From: Tubiluchus corallicola
Lineage: Eukaryota > Animalia > Priapulida
Reading direction: 5' to 3'
NCBI GenBank assembly: GCA_030141605.1
Contig: JAQGDQ010002391.1
Coordinates: 1-64,000 of the forward strand
Length of the DNA stretch: 64,000 nt
Shown here: positions 20,296-30,282 of the stretch, piece by piece
Layout: the number at the start of each line of letters is the position of its first letter
Numbering within the stretch: position 1 is the first letter of the stretch
Translations under genes and position numbers: made by a program
The notes under the pieces: generated by a model
Databases searched by the model: none
What the model saw: only the letters and a program-made list of their open reading frames with translations
Told to the model about the DNA's origin: nothing

Positions 20296-20607
20296 CTATT
20301 GTTCTTCTTCCTTTAAATAATCACTTATTTCTTTATCTAATTCTTTTATTTCTTCTACAAATATAGAGTTTGTTTTTTCATTTTTTTGCTTTTCTAAGAC
20401 CTCCAAGCTAAATTGTAATGCACAAATAGCTAATAGCTTTGTTTTTGTTTCTTTAATTGTATTCTCATACTTTGCAAATAATGTATTTACCTTCTTTGCC
20501 GCTTCTCTATATATTTGTTCATCTTCTCTTTTTACAGTTATGGGATAAAGCTTTTCTCTGGCTATATCTAAACTAATTTTCAACTCCCCATTATCGCTGT
20601 TGTCCAT
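20296..20607 (-). CDS. zapA: Cell division protein ZapA
   Basis: YPITVKREDEQIYREAAKKVN...LLAICALQF; zapA-6S-rny context. Confidence 0.85.
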   Translation of the reverse strand: MDNSDNGELKISLDIAREKLYPITVKREDEQIYREAAKKVNTLFAKYENTIKETKTKLLAICALQFSLEVLEKQKNEKTNSIFVEEIKELDKEISDYLKEEEQ

Positions 20608-20895
20608 ACAAATTATTTAAAAGCACCATACACTCGTCTATGTCCCGCACTATTTGACTTAAATTTTCAACTGCTACTGTTTTATCTTTTAATGTTATAT
20701 TTATAGTCTTAGCTAATTTTAGTTTATTGTATTTCTCTGTTAGTTTTAAACTATTTTCTTTTTCCTTATTTAATTGTTCTGTTAGTTCTATATTTTTTTT
20801 TTTAGCAAACTTGTTTCATCCCTATACTTTTTTTGGGACTCTACAATGCTATATATTTTCTCTTTAAGAGAAGTTAATAATTCTTTTTTACTCAT
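20591..20895 (-). pseudogene. Coiled-coil ZapB-like gene upstream of zapA, frameshifted at an A11 run
   Basis: MSKKELLTSLKEKI...LLKKKI* then, in the shifted frame, NIELTEQL...YNKLKLAKTI...IVRDIDECMVLLN; T run at 20793-20803. Confidence 0.75.
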
Positions 20896-21027
20896 CAACA
20901 ATATTATTAAATATTCTTGTGTTACAAAATTAAATATTTTTTTCTATTAAAAAATATTCTATTTATTTTTTTGATATTTTTTCCTTTTTTTTGTATTTAT
21001 TTTTATTCAAGATAAAAGGTTACCAAT

Positions 21028-22755
21028 ATGCAAAAAAGGATTATTATCTTTCTATTGACATACATATTCGCATTTACTTATCTCAAAGCACAAAGTTTAG
21101 TAAAAGATAAAGATTTTTTCACCAATCCCATAGATACTCCACTACATCTTTCAGGAAATTTTGGAGAGTTAAGGCCAAACCATCTACACTCAGGGATAGA
21201 TATAAAAACAAAGGGGAGAATAGGGAAAAATGTATATGCTGTAGCTGACGGTTATGTTTCCCGTATTAATATCTCCCACAAAGGTTATGGCAATGCGGTT
21301 TATATTACGCACCCCAATGGCTATGTTTCTGTGTATGCACATTTGCACAAGTTTAATAACAGAATAGAGTCTTACATCAAAAAACTTCAATACAAAAATG
21401 AAACATTTAAAATAGACGTTCCTGTTGAGAAATGGGGTTTACCCGTAAAACAAGGTGAAATAATTGGTCTTAGTGGTAATTCAGGAAGTTCAGAAGGACC
21501 GCATTTGCACTTCGAAATACGAGATGCTAAAACAGAAGAACCTATCAACCCACTGCTGTTCAACTTTGCCATTAAAGACATAAAAAGACCTATAATACAA
21601 GCAATTAAAATCTACCCTATGGATAACAAAAGCTCAGTAGAGGGTGAAAATGAGGCGAAAAAATTTGTAAGCGTTTTTCGGGGTAATCGCTTTTATTTGA
21701 ACCACAAAACTCCCATAAAACTAAATGGGAATGTGACTTTTGGTATCTTAACTTTTGATTACCTTGATTATTCGTGGAGTAAATGTAGTCCTTATTCCGT
21801 AGAACTTTGGGTAGATTCTTCTTTAATTTATAAGCACGAGTTAAGTCGTTTTAGTTTCTTTGAAACAAGGTATATTAACTCTCTTTTAGATTATTACGAA
21901 CAAAAAACAAGAAAGAGAAAATACCAAAAGTCTTTTATCGAACCCAATAATAATTTAAGTATCTATAAACAGCATATAAACTCAGGGATTTTTAATTTTG
22001 AGACTGGTAAAACATACAATGTTAGTTATCTTGTAAAAGATACTTATGGCAATACTTCTCAACTTAGTTTTAAGGTAGAAGGAAGTGAGTCTATAGATTT
22101 CCCCAAACAAGAAGAAGAAGGTATCTTTATGTCGTACGACAAAGAAAATACTTTCAAAAATGAAGACTTTGTTTTTGTCATCCCAAAAGATGCCCTTTAC
22201 GATAATATTTATTTTAAATATCGTATCTTACATCCACAAAAAAATTCTATCTCTAAAACCATAGAACTGCATACTCCTTATGTTCCCATTCACAGATACT
22301 GCAACTTAAAAATAAAGGTAGATAGTCTTCCTAAGAAATGGGAAAAAAAATTAACCATAATTGCATTAAATGGCAGTAATAATAAAATCAATAGTTACAA
22401 AACAACTTATGAACAAGGCTTTGCATGTACAAGAACAAGAGATTTTGGCAAATATACCGTTGTAGTAGATACAGTGTCTCCAATTATTAAACCTTTGAAT
22501 ATTCACAATAATAAGGATATGCAAAAGCTAAGTTCAATAAGAATTCATATCTCTGATAAAATATCAGGTATCAAAAGTTATAAAGGAACTATTGACGGAA
22601 GGTGGGTGCTGTTTGAATATGATGCTAAAAAGGATGTTATTCTTTATTATTTTGATGAAAAGAGATTGATACACAATAAAACTCATAACTTAGAGATAAC
22701 AGTAGAAGATGAAGCTGGCAATAAATCAGACTATCAAGCACACTTCTTTTGGTAA
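21028..22755 (+). CDS. M23 family metallopeptidase
   Basis: GELRPNHLHSGIDIKT, YAHL, GPHLHFEIR. Confidence 0.92.
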   Translation: MQKRIIIFLLTYIFAFTYLKAQSLVKDKDFFTNPIDTPLHLSGNFGELRPNHLHSGIDIKTKGRIGKNVYAVADGYVSRINISHKGYGNAVYITHPNGYVSVYAHLHKFNNRIESYIKKLQYKNETFKIDVPVEKWGLPVKQGEIIGLSGNSGSSEGPHLHFEIRDAKTEEPINPLLFNFAIKDIKRPIIQAIKIYPMDNKSSVEGENEAKKFVSVFRGNRFYLNHKTPIKLNGNVTFGILTFDYLDYSWSKCSPYSVELWVDSSLIYKHELSRFSFFETRYINSLLDYYEQKTRKRKYQKSFIEPNNNLSIYKQHINSGIFNFETGKTYNVSYLVKDTYGNTSQLSFKVEGSESIDFPKQEEEGIFMSYDKENTFKNEDFVFVIPKDALYDNIYFKYRILHPQKNSISKTIELHTPYVPIHRYCNLKIKVDSLPKKWEKKLTIIALNGSNNKINSYKTTYEQGFACTRTRDFGKYTVVVDTVSPIIKPLNIHNNKDMQKLSSIRIHISDKISGIKSYKGTIDGRWVLFEYDAKKDVILYYFDEKRLIHNKTHNLEITVEDEAGNKSDYQAHFFW

Positions 22756-22828
22756 AATAAATATTACAGCTATTATTGTAAAAGGGTAAATTTACACTTT
22801 CCCACAATTTATATAATTAAAGCAATCT

Positions 22829-24130
22829 ATGTCAAAATACAAAGAAAAAATAAATATCGTAAGTTTAGGTTGTTCAAAAAATCTTGTGGATGCAGAAAAT
22901 TTAATGGGGCTGTTAGAGGCTAATAATATTTCAGTTGTTTTTGATTCCAACAGTTTAGACGCTAAGACGGTGATAATCAATACCTGTGGCTTCATAGAGA
23001 ATGCAAAAAAAGAATCTATTGATACTATTCTTCAATTTGCAAAAGCCAAACGAAGAGGGGATGTCAACAACATTTTTATAATGGGTTGCCTTTCCGAAAG
23101 ATACAAAAATGAACTGCAAAAAGAACTACCTGAGGTGGATGAGTTTTTTGGAAAATTTGATTGGAAAACCATTGCTAAACGTATTAATCACAAAGCAAAA
23201 ATTAATGATATTAAATACACACGAAAAATAACTACTCCTAAACACTATGCTTATTTAAAAATTTCAGAGGGTTGTGATAGGGTTTGCTCTTTTTGTGCTA
23301 TTCCTTTTATGACAGGAAAACACGTTTCAAAACCTATTAAAACAGTTATTGATGAGGTAAAAAAGCTTGTAGATAATGGAACAAAGGAGTTCCTTGTCAT
23401 TGCACAAGAGCTAACTTACTACGGATTAGATTTATATAAAAAGAGACGTATTGCAGAACTTATAGAACAAATTGCCAATATAAAAGGAGTAGATTGGATA
23501 CGATTGCATTATGCTTACCCACATCAATTTCCTAAAGATTTACTTCCTGTGATAAATAATCATCGTAATGTGTGCAGCTATTTAGATATAGCACTACAAC
23601 ATTCAAGTAATCGTATATTAAAATTAATGAAAAGGAACATAACAAGAGAAGAGACTATAGACCTTATTCATCAAATAAGAGAACAAGTACCTAACATAGC
23701 TCTACGAACTACTATGCTGGTAGGACATCCTGAAGAAACAGAGCAAGACTTTGAAGATTTAGCAAACTTTGTTGAAAAAATGAAGTTTGAAAGGCTTGGG
23801 GTATTTCCCTATTCCAACGAAGACAACACCTTTGCTTTTAAAAACTACAAAGACAACGTGCCTAATAAAGTAAAACTATTACGTGAAGAAAAAATAATGA
23901 ACATTCAACAAGGCATTTCTTTACAATACAATGAAAGTAAAATAGGTGCAACTTTAAAAACAATTATTGATAGAAAAGAACAAAACTACTACATAGGGAG
24001 AACAGAATATGATTCTCCAGAAATAGACCCCGAAGTAATGATAAAGAGCAATACCCCTCTTGCAACAGGTAACTTTTATAATGTAAAAATCACCTCTGCT
24101 GATGCTTATGATCTCTATGGGGAAGTGTGA
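22829..24130 (+). CDS. rimO: Ribosomal protein S12 methylthiotransferase
   Basis: SLGCSKNLVDAE, CDRVCSFC radical SAM motif, GRTEYDSPEID TRAM region. Confidence 0.97.
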   Translation: MSKYKEKINIVSLGCSKNLVDAENLMGLLEANNISVVFDSNSLDAKTVIINTCGFIENAKKESIDTILQFAKAKRRGDVNNIFIMGCLSERYKNELQKELPEVDEFFGKFDWKTIAKRINHKAKINDIKYTRKITTPKHYAYLKISEGCDRVCSFCAIPFMTGKHVSKPIKTVIDEVKKLVDNGTKEFLVIAQELTYYGLDLYKKRRIAELIEQIANIKGVDWIRLHYAYPHQFPKDLLPVINNHRNVCSYLDIALQHSSNRILKLMKRNITREETIDLIHQIREQVPNIALRTTMLVGHPEETEQDFEDLANFVEKMKFERLGVFPYSNEDNTFAFKNYKDNVPNKVKLLREEKIMNIQQGISLQYNESKIGATLKTIIDRKEQNYYIGRTEYDSPEIDPEVMIKSNTPLATGNFYNVKITSADAYDLYGEV

Positions 24131-24221
24131 AACAATATAGGAACTATGAAATAATATTTCATTTTCATTTACAAATCTTTTATTTTTACCACAAAATTAT
24201 TTACCATTTATAAACAACAAT

Positions 24222-26144
24222 ATGCCAAATGCCTTTTTAATAGTAACTATTCTTAGTTTTATCATCATAGTTACTGCTTCCAACCAAGCAGCCAAGATAT
24301 TTCAAAAGATAAAACTACCTATAATCACAGGGTTTTTACTTATTGGTGTACTTTGTGGCCCTTATGTTTTAAAACTACTTTCTTATGAACAAATCAACGA
24401 ACTTGGTTTTATCAATGAAATATCTTTTGCATTTATTGCTTTTGCTGTAGGTTCTGAACTATTTCTAAGTGAATTGCGCAACAGAGCCAAAAGTATAAAA
24501 TGGATTACCACTGGACAAATTACACTCACATTCATACTAAGTAGTGTAAGTGTATACCTTATTGCAGATTATATTCCGTTCATAAAAAGTCTTAACAATG
24601 ACACTAAAATAGCCATAGCATTACTTACAGGAGTTATATTTATAGCACGTTCCCCTGCTTCTACTATTGCTGTTATTAACGAATTAAGAGCCCGAGGACC
24701 TTTTACTCAAACAGCACTTGGCGTTACCATTATATCTGATATTATCGTTATCATTTTATTTACTATATGTTTTGCTGTTGCAGATGTTCTTATTTCAGAT
24801 ACCAGCTTTAATACTTTGGTTATTGCTATACTTTCGGCAGAATTGATACTATCATTTTTACTAGGTATAGTACTTGCTTTCTTGATAAAGTTTTTATTCT
24901 CTCTAACCATACATTTAAAGTTTAAAGCTGTTATATTAACGCTTATGGGCTATTCTACTTACCCTTTATCTAAGTGGTTAGAACTATTATATACAGAACA
25001 TTTTGAAGCTAGATTCCACTTAGAACCATTGCTAATATGTATTGTTGCTAGTTTTGTTGTAACCAATTATTTTAAGAATTACAAAAGAGAATTTAGAAAA
25101 ATAATAGGAGATGTAATGCCTTTCATCTATGTGATATTTTTTACCTTTACGGGAACCAAGATTTCCATAGACATACTTTTTAATCTCTGGCAAGTAGCAT
25201 TATTGTTATTTTTCATCCGAGTAATAGCAATGGGTATTGGTTCATTTACGGGAAGTGTTATAGGAGGAGACCCTACTCGTTTTCATCGTGCATCGTGGAT
25301 GCCTTATATTACTCAAGCAGGTATTGCTCTTGGACTTACTGCTACAGTAGCCAGTAGATATATCGATTGGGGACAAGAATTTTATACTATATTAGTTTCA
25401 GTCATAGTCATTAATGAAGTTATAGGGCCTTTACTTTTCAAATTTTCTATTATCCAATTAAAAGAACACCGTACCCGAGCCTCTGCTTATGATAAAAATA
25501 AACGTAATGTTATTATATTTGGCTTAGAACCAGAGTCTATAACACTAGCAAGACAACTTACCGAACACGAATGGGAAGTAAAAATAGTAACCCAAGATAA
25601 AGAACGCACCAAACAACACTACAAAAATGTAAAGGTTGAACACATAAAAGACCTTACATTAGAAAGTATGAAAGAAGTAGGAGTAGATAAGGTAGAAACA
25701 TTAGTTTCGATACTTAATGATAATGAAAGCTACCAAATATGTGATATTGCTTATCGTTATTTTGGTACAAAAGATATGATAGTACTTGTGAAAGAGCGAG
25801 AAAACATAGAGCGTTTTAATAAACTTGGAGCATTGATAGTAGAACCTTCTACTGCTATGATCAGTCTGCTAGAACATTTAGTACGTTCGCCATTAGCCAC
25901 ATCATTGATATTAGGAAAAGAAAAAGACCAAGGTACTATTGATATAGAAATAAGAAACCCCAATATTTACGGAATGGCTCTAAGAGATTTGAGGCTTCCT
26001 CCTGACGTATTGGTAATGGCAAACAAACAACGTGGCAATCTTATTATTTCCACAGGTTATACTCGTCTAAGAAAAGGTGATGTGCTTACTCTTGTGGGTT
26101 CTGTCAAAAGTTTAGAAAAAATAAGACTAAAACTACAAGGTTAA
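24222..26144 (+). CDS. Cation:proton antiporter with TrkA-N/TrkA-C (RCK) domains
   Basis: Many TM helices, ARSPAST, TQAGIALGL; C-terminal GMALRDLRLP...GYTRLRKGDVLTLVGS. Confidence 0.85.
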   Translation: MPNAFLIVTILSFIIIVTASNQAAKIFQKIKLPIITGFLLIGVLCGPYVLKLLSYEQINELGFINEISFAFIAFAVGSELFLSELRNRAKSIKWITTGQITLTFILSSVSVYLIADYIPFIKSLNNDTKIAIALLTGVIFIARSPASTIAVINELRARGPFTQTALGVTIISDIIVIILFTICFAVADVLISDTSFNTLVIAILSAELILSFLLGIVLAFLIKFLFSLTIHLKFKAVILTLMGYSTYPLSKWLELLYTEHFEARFHLEPLLICIVASFVVTNYFKNYKREFRKIIGDVMPFIYVIFFTFTGTKISIDILFNLWQVALLLFFIRVIAMGIGSFTGSVIGGDPTRFHRASWMPYITQAGIALGLTATVASRYIDWGQEFYTILVSVIVINEVIGPLLFKFSIIQLKEHRTRASAYDKNKRNVIIFGLEPESITLARQLTEHEWEVKIVTQDKERTKQHYKNVKVEHIKDLTLESMKEVGVDKVETLVSILNDNESYQICDIAYRYFGTKDMIVLVKERENIERFNKLGALIVEPSTAMISLLEHLVRSPLATSLILGKEKDQGTIDIEIRNPNIYGMALRDLRLPPDVLVMANKQRGNLIISTGYTRLRKGDVLTLVGSVKSLEKIRLKLQG

Positions 26145-27112
26145 AATTTACATTGTTCCATCACGTACTCAATTATTTTTTCACTTGGATTAAAATTATC
26201 TAACATTAATCCTTTTACAGCTACATCAATCAACTCATTCTCTAATATATCCGAACTCTTCCCCTGTTTCTTTAAATAATACTTACCTGCTTCTGTCAAA
26301 CACTTCAAAGGCATTAGACCTATTAGCTCTGCCCCTACTACCCGAACTCCCTTATTCTTGGCAAGACACACCACCTTTTCTAAAACAGTATGTATGGGCA
26401 TCTTTTTGTAATCTGTTAAATTTATAGACACTTGTGCAAAACCATACTCCTCAATATACCACCCAATAGCCTTCACATTCTTCAAACCTTCTTTGCTTCT
26501 CTCTCTTATCTTTTCTGCTATCTGCTTAGCTAGTTTCACATCGGTAGTATCTATATTCACATTATAAGCCACCAAAAAGTCTCTTGCCCCTATTACTGTG
26601 GCACCCGCTTTTGCATTAAACCTACTGTTTCCAAAATCTGGTTCAAAACCTTTTTTCATCCTACCTGCAAGAGCCTCATAACCACCTTTTCGGCAAAAGG
26701 CTAAGTCTGTTTTCGCCTCCTCCAATGCTGAGTTTTCATAGCAATATACAGGTATATTCAACTCGTCACCTACACGTTGGGCTAGTTGATAAGAAAACTC
26801 TACTACCTCTTCCATCGTTATATTTTTCAAAGGTATCAATGGGCAAACATCAGTAGCCCCTATGCGTGGATGTGTTCCTTGTTGTTGTGTCATATCTATC
26901 AACTGCGAAGCTTTTCTTATCGCATTGAAAGTAGCCTTCACTACATTCGCAGCTTCGCCCATTACGGTCATCACTGTCCTATTGGCCGTCCTGCCCGATT
27001 GTATATCTACTAACTTAACACCCTTAACTTTATTAAACTCTTGCTTTATTGCATCTATAGTTGCCTGATTTTTTCCTTCACTAAAATTTGGAACACATTC
27101 TAATAGTTTCAT
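26141..27112 (-). CDS. ftcD: Glutamate formimidoyltransferase (no cyclodeaminase domain)
   Basis: ECVPNFSEG, HPRIGATDVCP, IGARDFLVAYNVN. Confidence 0.93.
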   Translation of the reverse strand: MKLLECVPNFSEGKNQATIDAIKQEFNKVKGVKLVDIQSGRTANRTVMTVMGEAANVVKATFNAIRKASQLIDMTQQQGTHPRIGATDVCPLIPLKNITMEEVVEFSYQLAQRVGDELNIPVYCYENSALEEAKTDLAFCRKGGYEALAGRMKKGFEPDFGNSRFNAKAGATVIGARDFLVAYNVNIDTTDVKLAKQIAEKIRERSKEGLKNVKAIGWYIEEYGFAQVSINLTDYKKMPIHTVLEKVVCLAKNKGVRVVGAELIGLMPLKCLTEAGKYYLKKQGKSSDILENELIDVAVKGLMLDNFNPSEKIIEYVMEQCKF

Positions 27113-27295
27113 AGACGTTTATACATAAGTTAAATAAAAGTTCAAATGTAAAAACTTTATCAAGATAAAAAGGGATGAACTAAGAATAACACCCTAATAA
27201 GTAGTTAAAAGACACATTTCTTACATAAAAATAGACCAGTGGAAATTTAAAGCTGGCAACTACAATATAATACTTAAAAAATTCGTATAAAATAA

Positions 27296-27303
27296 TATCT
27301 TTG
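27296..27303 (+). promoter_or_regulatory. -7 promoter element of rnpB
   Basis: TATCTTTG ending ~10 nt before the RNase P P1 helix. Confidence 0.7.
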
Positions 27304-27312
27304 CTAAAATAA

Positions 27313-27673
27313 TAGTAGGCTGCTCTATCGCTGGTTGTCTGTTAGACAACGAGAGGAAAGTCCGAGCAACAAAGAGCATCAAACTTGCTAACAGCAAGAT
27401 GCCTGTGAGGGTATAGTAACATAACAGAAAATAACCGCTTTTATTTTTTTTGAAGCAAGGGTGAAAAGGTAGGGTAAAAGCCTACCAGCAGTTGTAGCAA
27501 TGCAACTGGCTGTATGTCTTTTGAGTTGCAAGACCAAATATACCTACAGTTAAAGGCTGCTCGCCTAATGTAGAGGGGTAGGTCGCTTGAGGTTATAAGT
27601 GATTATAATCCTAGATAAATGATAGAGGTTTCAACTTTTTGTTGAAAAACAGAACTCGGCTTATAGGCCTGCT
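27313..27673 (+). ncRNA. rnpB: RNase P RNA
   Basis: GAGGAAAGTCCGAGC and AACAGAACTCGGCTTATA (P4 halves), ACAGAAA, AGGGTGAAA; P1 tagtaggc/gcctgcta. Confidence 0.97.
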
Positions 27674-27674
27674 A

Positions 27675-28076
27675 TTATTTTTTTATTTCAGAGGTGGCTG
27701 TTGTACTATCTATTTCAATAACAGTATGTACATTTCCACGTGGGTTGAAGTTCCCAACGACTTTCAAATACTTGGGTTTCAATTTATCATTCAGCAAGTT
27801 GTAAATTTCATTCACACTATTCTCATGAGAAATATACCTGTTTTTAAAGGTATTAATGTATAGCTTAATGGCTTTTAACTCTACCACATATTTATCTGGC
27901 ACATAGTCTACATTGATAGTAGCAAAATCAGGATAGCCACTATGTGGACACATACACATAAATTCAGGTAAAGTTATTTTTATGGTATAGTTGTTTTTAT
28001 TCTTGTTCTCCCAAATTTCAAAGTCTTTTTCAATATCAAAATTGCTAATAATCTTTTCTCCGTACCTATTGCCCAT
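27675..28076 (-). CDS. queF: PreQ0 (7-cyano-7-deazaguanine) reductase, short type
   Basis: PEFMCMCPHSGYPDFA, VELKAIKLY, SHE, FNPRG. Confidence 0.95.
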   Translation of the reverse strand: MGNRYGEKIISNFDIEKDFEIWENKNKNNYTIKITLPEFMCMCPHSGYPDFATINVDYVPDKYVVELKAIKLYINTFKNRYISHENSVNEIYNLLNDKLKPKYLKVVGNFNPRGNVHTVIEIDSTTATSEIKK

Positions 28077-28102
28077 AGTTTTTCAAAAATTATAAATGAA
28101 TG

Positions 28103-28120
28103 CAAAAATACATATATTTG
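28103..28120. promoter_or_regulatory. Back-to-back -7 elements for queF (-) and tatD (+)
   Basis: TATTTTTG on minus (28103-28110) and TATATTTG on plus (28113-28120); supports a tatD start at 28148. Confidence 0.55.
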
Positions 28121-28147
28121 AACTATAAATGCTATAAAATTTCTGAA

Positions 28148-28909
28148 ATGATACTAACAGACACCCACTCGCACCTATACTTAAAAGACTTTAACAAAGA
28201 TATAGAAGAAGTTATAAACAAGGCTTTACAAAAGAATGTAACAAAAATATTTCTACCAAGTATCAATGTCGATACTATTGATGGCGTATTGTCGCTATGC
28301 AAAAAATATCCTACTCACTGTTTTCCCATGTTAGGTATACACCCTAATTATATAAAAGAAAACTACATAGAAGAATTGAGTGCAGTAGAAAACTACATAG
28401 AAAAACACAAGTTTGTTGCTATAGGCGAAACAGGAATAGACTTATACAGAAGCGATAAATTTAAGCAAGAGCAAATCAAAGCCTTTGAACATCAAATAAA
28501 CTTGGCACAAAAGTATAAATTGCCCATAGTAGTCCATTCACGAGTTGCTTTCAATGAAGTGTATGCAGTTCTTAAAAATTACAAAGGACAGAAAGGTATA
28601 TTACATAGTTTTACAGGCACATTAGAAGAAGCCGAAAAATATATAGCACTTGGGTATAAACTGGGTATCAATGGCATTGTAACCTTTAAAAATTCCCATC
28701 TGCCAGAAGTATTAAAGCATATTGATATTCAACATATTGTCTTAGAAACTGATGCTCCTTACTTAGCACCTACACCTTTGAGAGGTGAAAGAAACGAATC
28801 ATCTTACATTCCTTATATAGCCAAGAAAATAGCAGAACTGTATAAACTTTCAGTGGAAAAGGTGGCAGAAATCACCACAGAAAATTCTATTGAAATATTT
28901 AAAATATAA
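28148..28909 (+). CDS. tatD: TatD family hydrolase
   Basis: DTHSH, GIHP, AIGETGID, HSR, HSF, LETDAPYLAP. Confidence 0.93.
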   Translation: MILTDTHSHLYLKDFNKDIEEVINKALQKNVTKIFLPSINVDTIDGVLSLCKKYPTHCFPMLGIHPNYIKENYIEELSAVENYIEKHKFVAIGETGIDLYRSDKFKQEQIKAFEHQINLAQKYKLPIVVHSRVAFNEVYAVLKNYKGQKGILHSFTGTLEEAEKYIALGYKLGINGIVTFKNSHLPEVLKHIDIQHIVLETDAPYLAPTPLRGERNESSYIPYIAKKIAELYKLSVEKVAEITTENSIEIFKI

Positions 28910-28920
28910 ATAGAAAATTG

Positions 28921-29430
28921 CTATGTTGCTGTGTTGCTATTGTCTTTATCACGCAAGCTAAGTATGTCTCTGTCAAAAAGATATAGATTGTTTTCATCTA
29001 TCATATTCAACTTATCTAATATTGTTTTCACAGAGGCCTCTTCTTCCATCTGCTCATTAACAAACCATTGTAGCCAACTTTGGGTAGCATAGTCTTTTTC
29101 TTCTATACATATCCCTAGTATATTATTTATTTCTTGGGAGATGAGCTCTTCGTGCTTTAATACTTCTTCAAATAGCTTTTTCACATTGTCAAACTCTGAT
29201 GGGGGATTTTCTATTTTTGAATAAGTTGTTTTTCCACCTCGTTCGTTTACATATTTTGCAAATTTCAGCATATGGGTTCGCTCTTCTTCGGCTTGAGCAT
29301 ACATCCAGTCTGCTACTCCTATAAAGCCACTAACCTCTGCCCACGAAGCCATAGACAAATATAATGTAGAGGAGTACGCTTCGTTGTTTATTTGTTTTAT
29401 TAAGGCTTTTTCTACTAATTTAGATAACAT
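28921..29430 (-). CDS. ftnA: Non-heme ferritin
   Basis: QINNEAYSS.LYLSMA, EEERTH, LQWFVNEQMEEE. Confidence 0.93.
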   Translation of the reverse strand: MLSKLVEKALIKQINNEAYSSTLYLSMASWAEVSGFIGVADWMYAQAEEERTHMLKFAKYVNERGGKTTYSKIENPPSEFDNVKKLFEEVLKHEELISQEINNILGICIEEKDYATQSWLQWFVNEQMEEEASVKTILDKLNMIDENNLYLFDRDILSLRDKDNSNTAT

Positions 29431-29602
29431 ATTTATTGAGCTTATAAATTAAAAATGCATAGTTTTTTTATAAAAAGTATTATTCTTACCACCGTATTTC
29501 TCACAAGCATTAAATATTCCAAATAATGCAGTTAGTAGCACAAAGTTAATTCTTTTCATATTTGCTATTTCATAATTTAAAAAACAAATGATTATATGTT
29601 GC

Positions 29603-30235
29603 TTACCTCATATCTATTATCTCTACATCGGGATGTGCAACAGAGTCAAATATAAACAAATTGTCTTTCATAGGCATATTAGCTATAAATTTTTCTACTA
29701 TTACAGTATAGTCTATGCCATCTTTTCCTTGATATTTTATATTGGCTATATGATAATTATTTGCATTTATTTTTAATTTTATACGTGCATAAGGTACATC
29801 TAAGTCTTTGGGGAATAAATCTATTTTATGCAAACCTGCCCTTTCTTCTATATATTTATATGTAAACTTATTTTCGTGCAAGGAAAATATTCTTGAAGGA
29901 TTAAAAATACTCTCATCGTCTTCATCTGGTTCTGTTATATTTACTTCTTGCATTTCGGGTATATATGTCCATACCTTTTGAGAGTTACAAAATATTTCGT
30001 AGTCCATTATTTCTACTTTATATTTATGTCCTTTCAGCCAGAGTTTTCCTTCGCTAATTTCCCTTATTTCTTCTTGTTTATTTTCAAGTATAAAAGTAAA
30101 ATCAGCTTGTATTGTTTCGTACGACTGTATTTGTTGTTCTACTTTTTTTAATATGTTTCTAGCTTTATTGATAGATTGCGTGTAACTTGTAGAAATAGAA
30201 AATGATAGTAGCAATGTAAATATTATTTTATTCAT
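29603..30235 (-). CDS. lolA: Outer-membrane lipoprotein carrier LolA
   Basis: Signal peptide, GKLWLKGHKY, VWTYIPEMQEVNI, NPS.IF; directly downstream of ftsK. Confidence 0.88.
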   Translation of the reverse strand: MNKIIFTLLLSFSISTSYTQSINKARNILKKVEQQIQSYETIQADFTFILENKQEEIREISEGKLWLKGHKYKVEIMDYEIFCNSQKVWTYIPEMQEVNITEPDEDDESIFNPSRIFSLHENKFTYKYIEERAGLHKIDLFPKDLDVPYARIKLKINANNYHIANIKYQGKDGIDYTVIVEKFIANMPMKDNLFIFDSVAHPDVEIIDMR

Positions 30236-30282
30236 AATAAAGTATATATTTTAAATTGTTGTTTCAAAGATAAGAAATATAT

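Noticed and set aside
28077-28147. preQ1 riboswitch before queF
   Set aside because: The leader is only ~20 nt and has no stem; the gap is filled by two promoter boxes.
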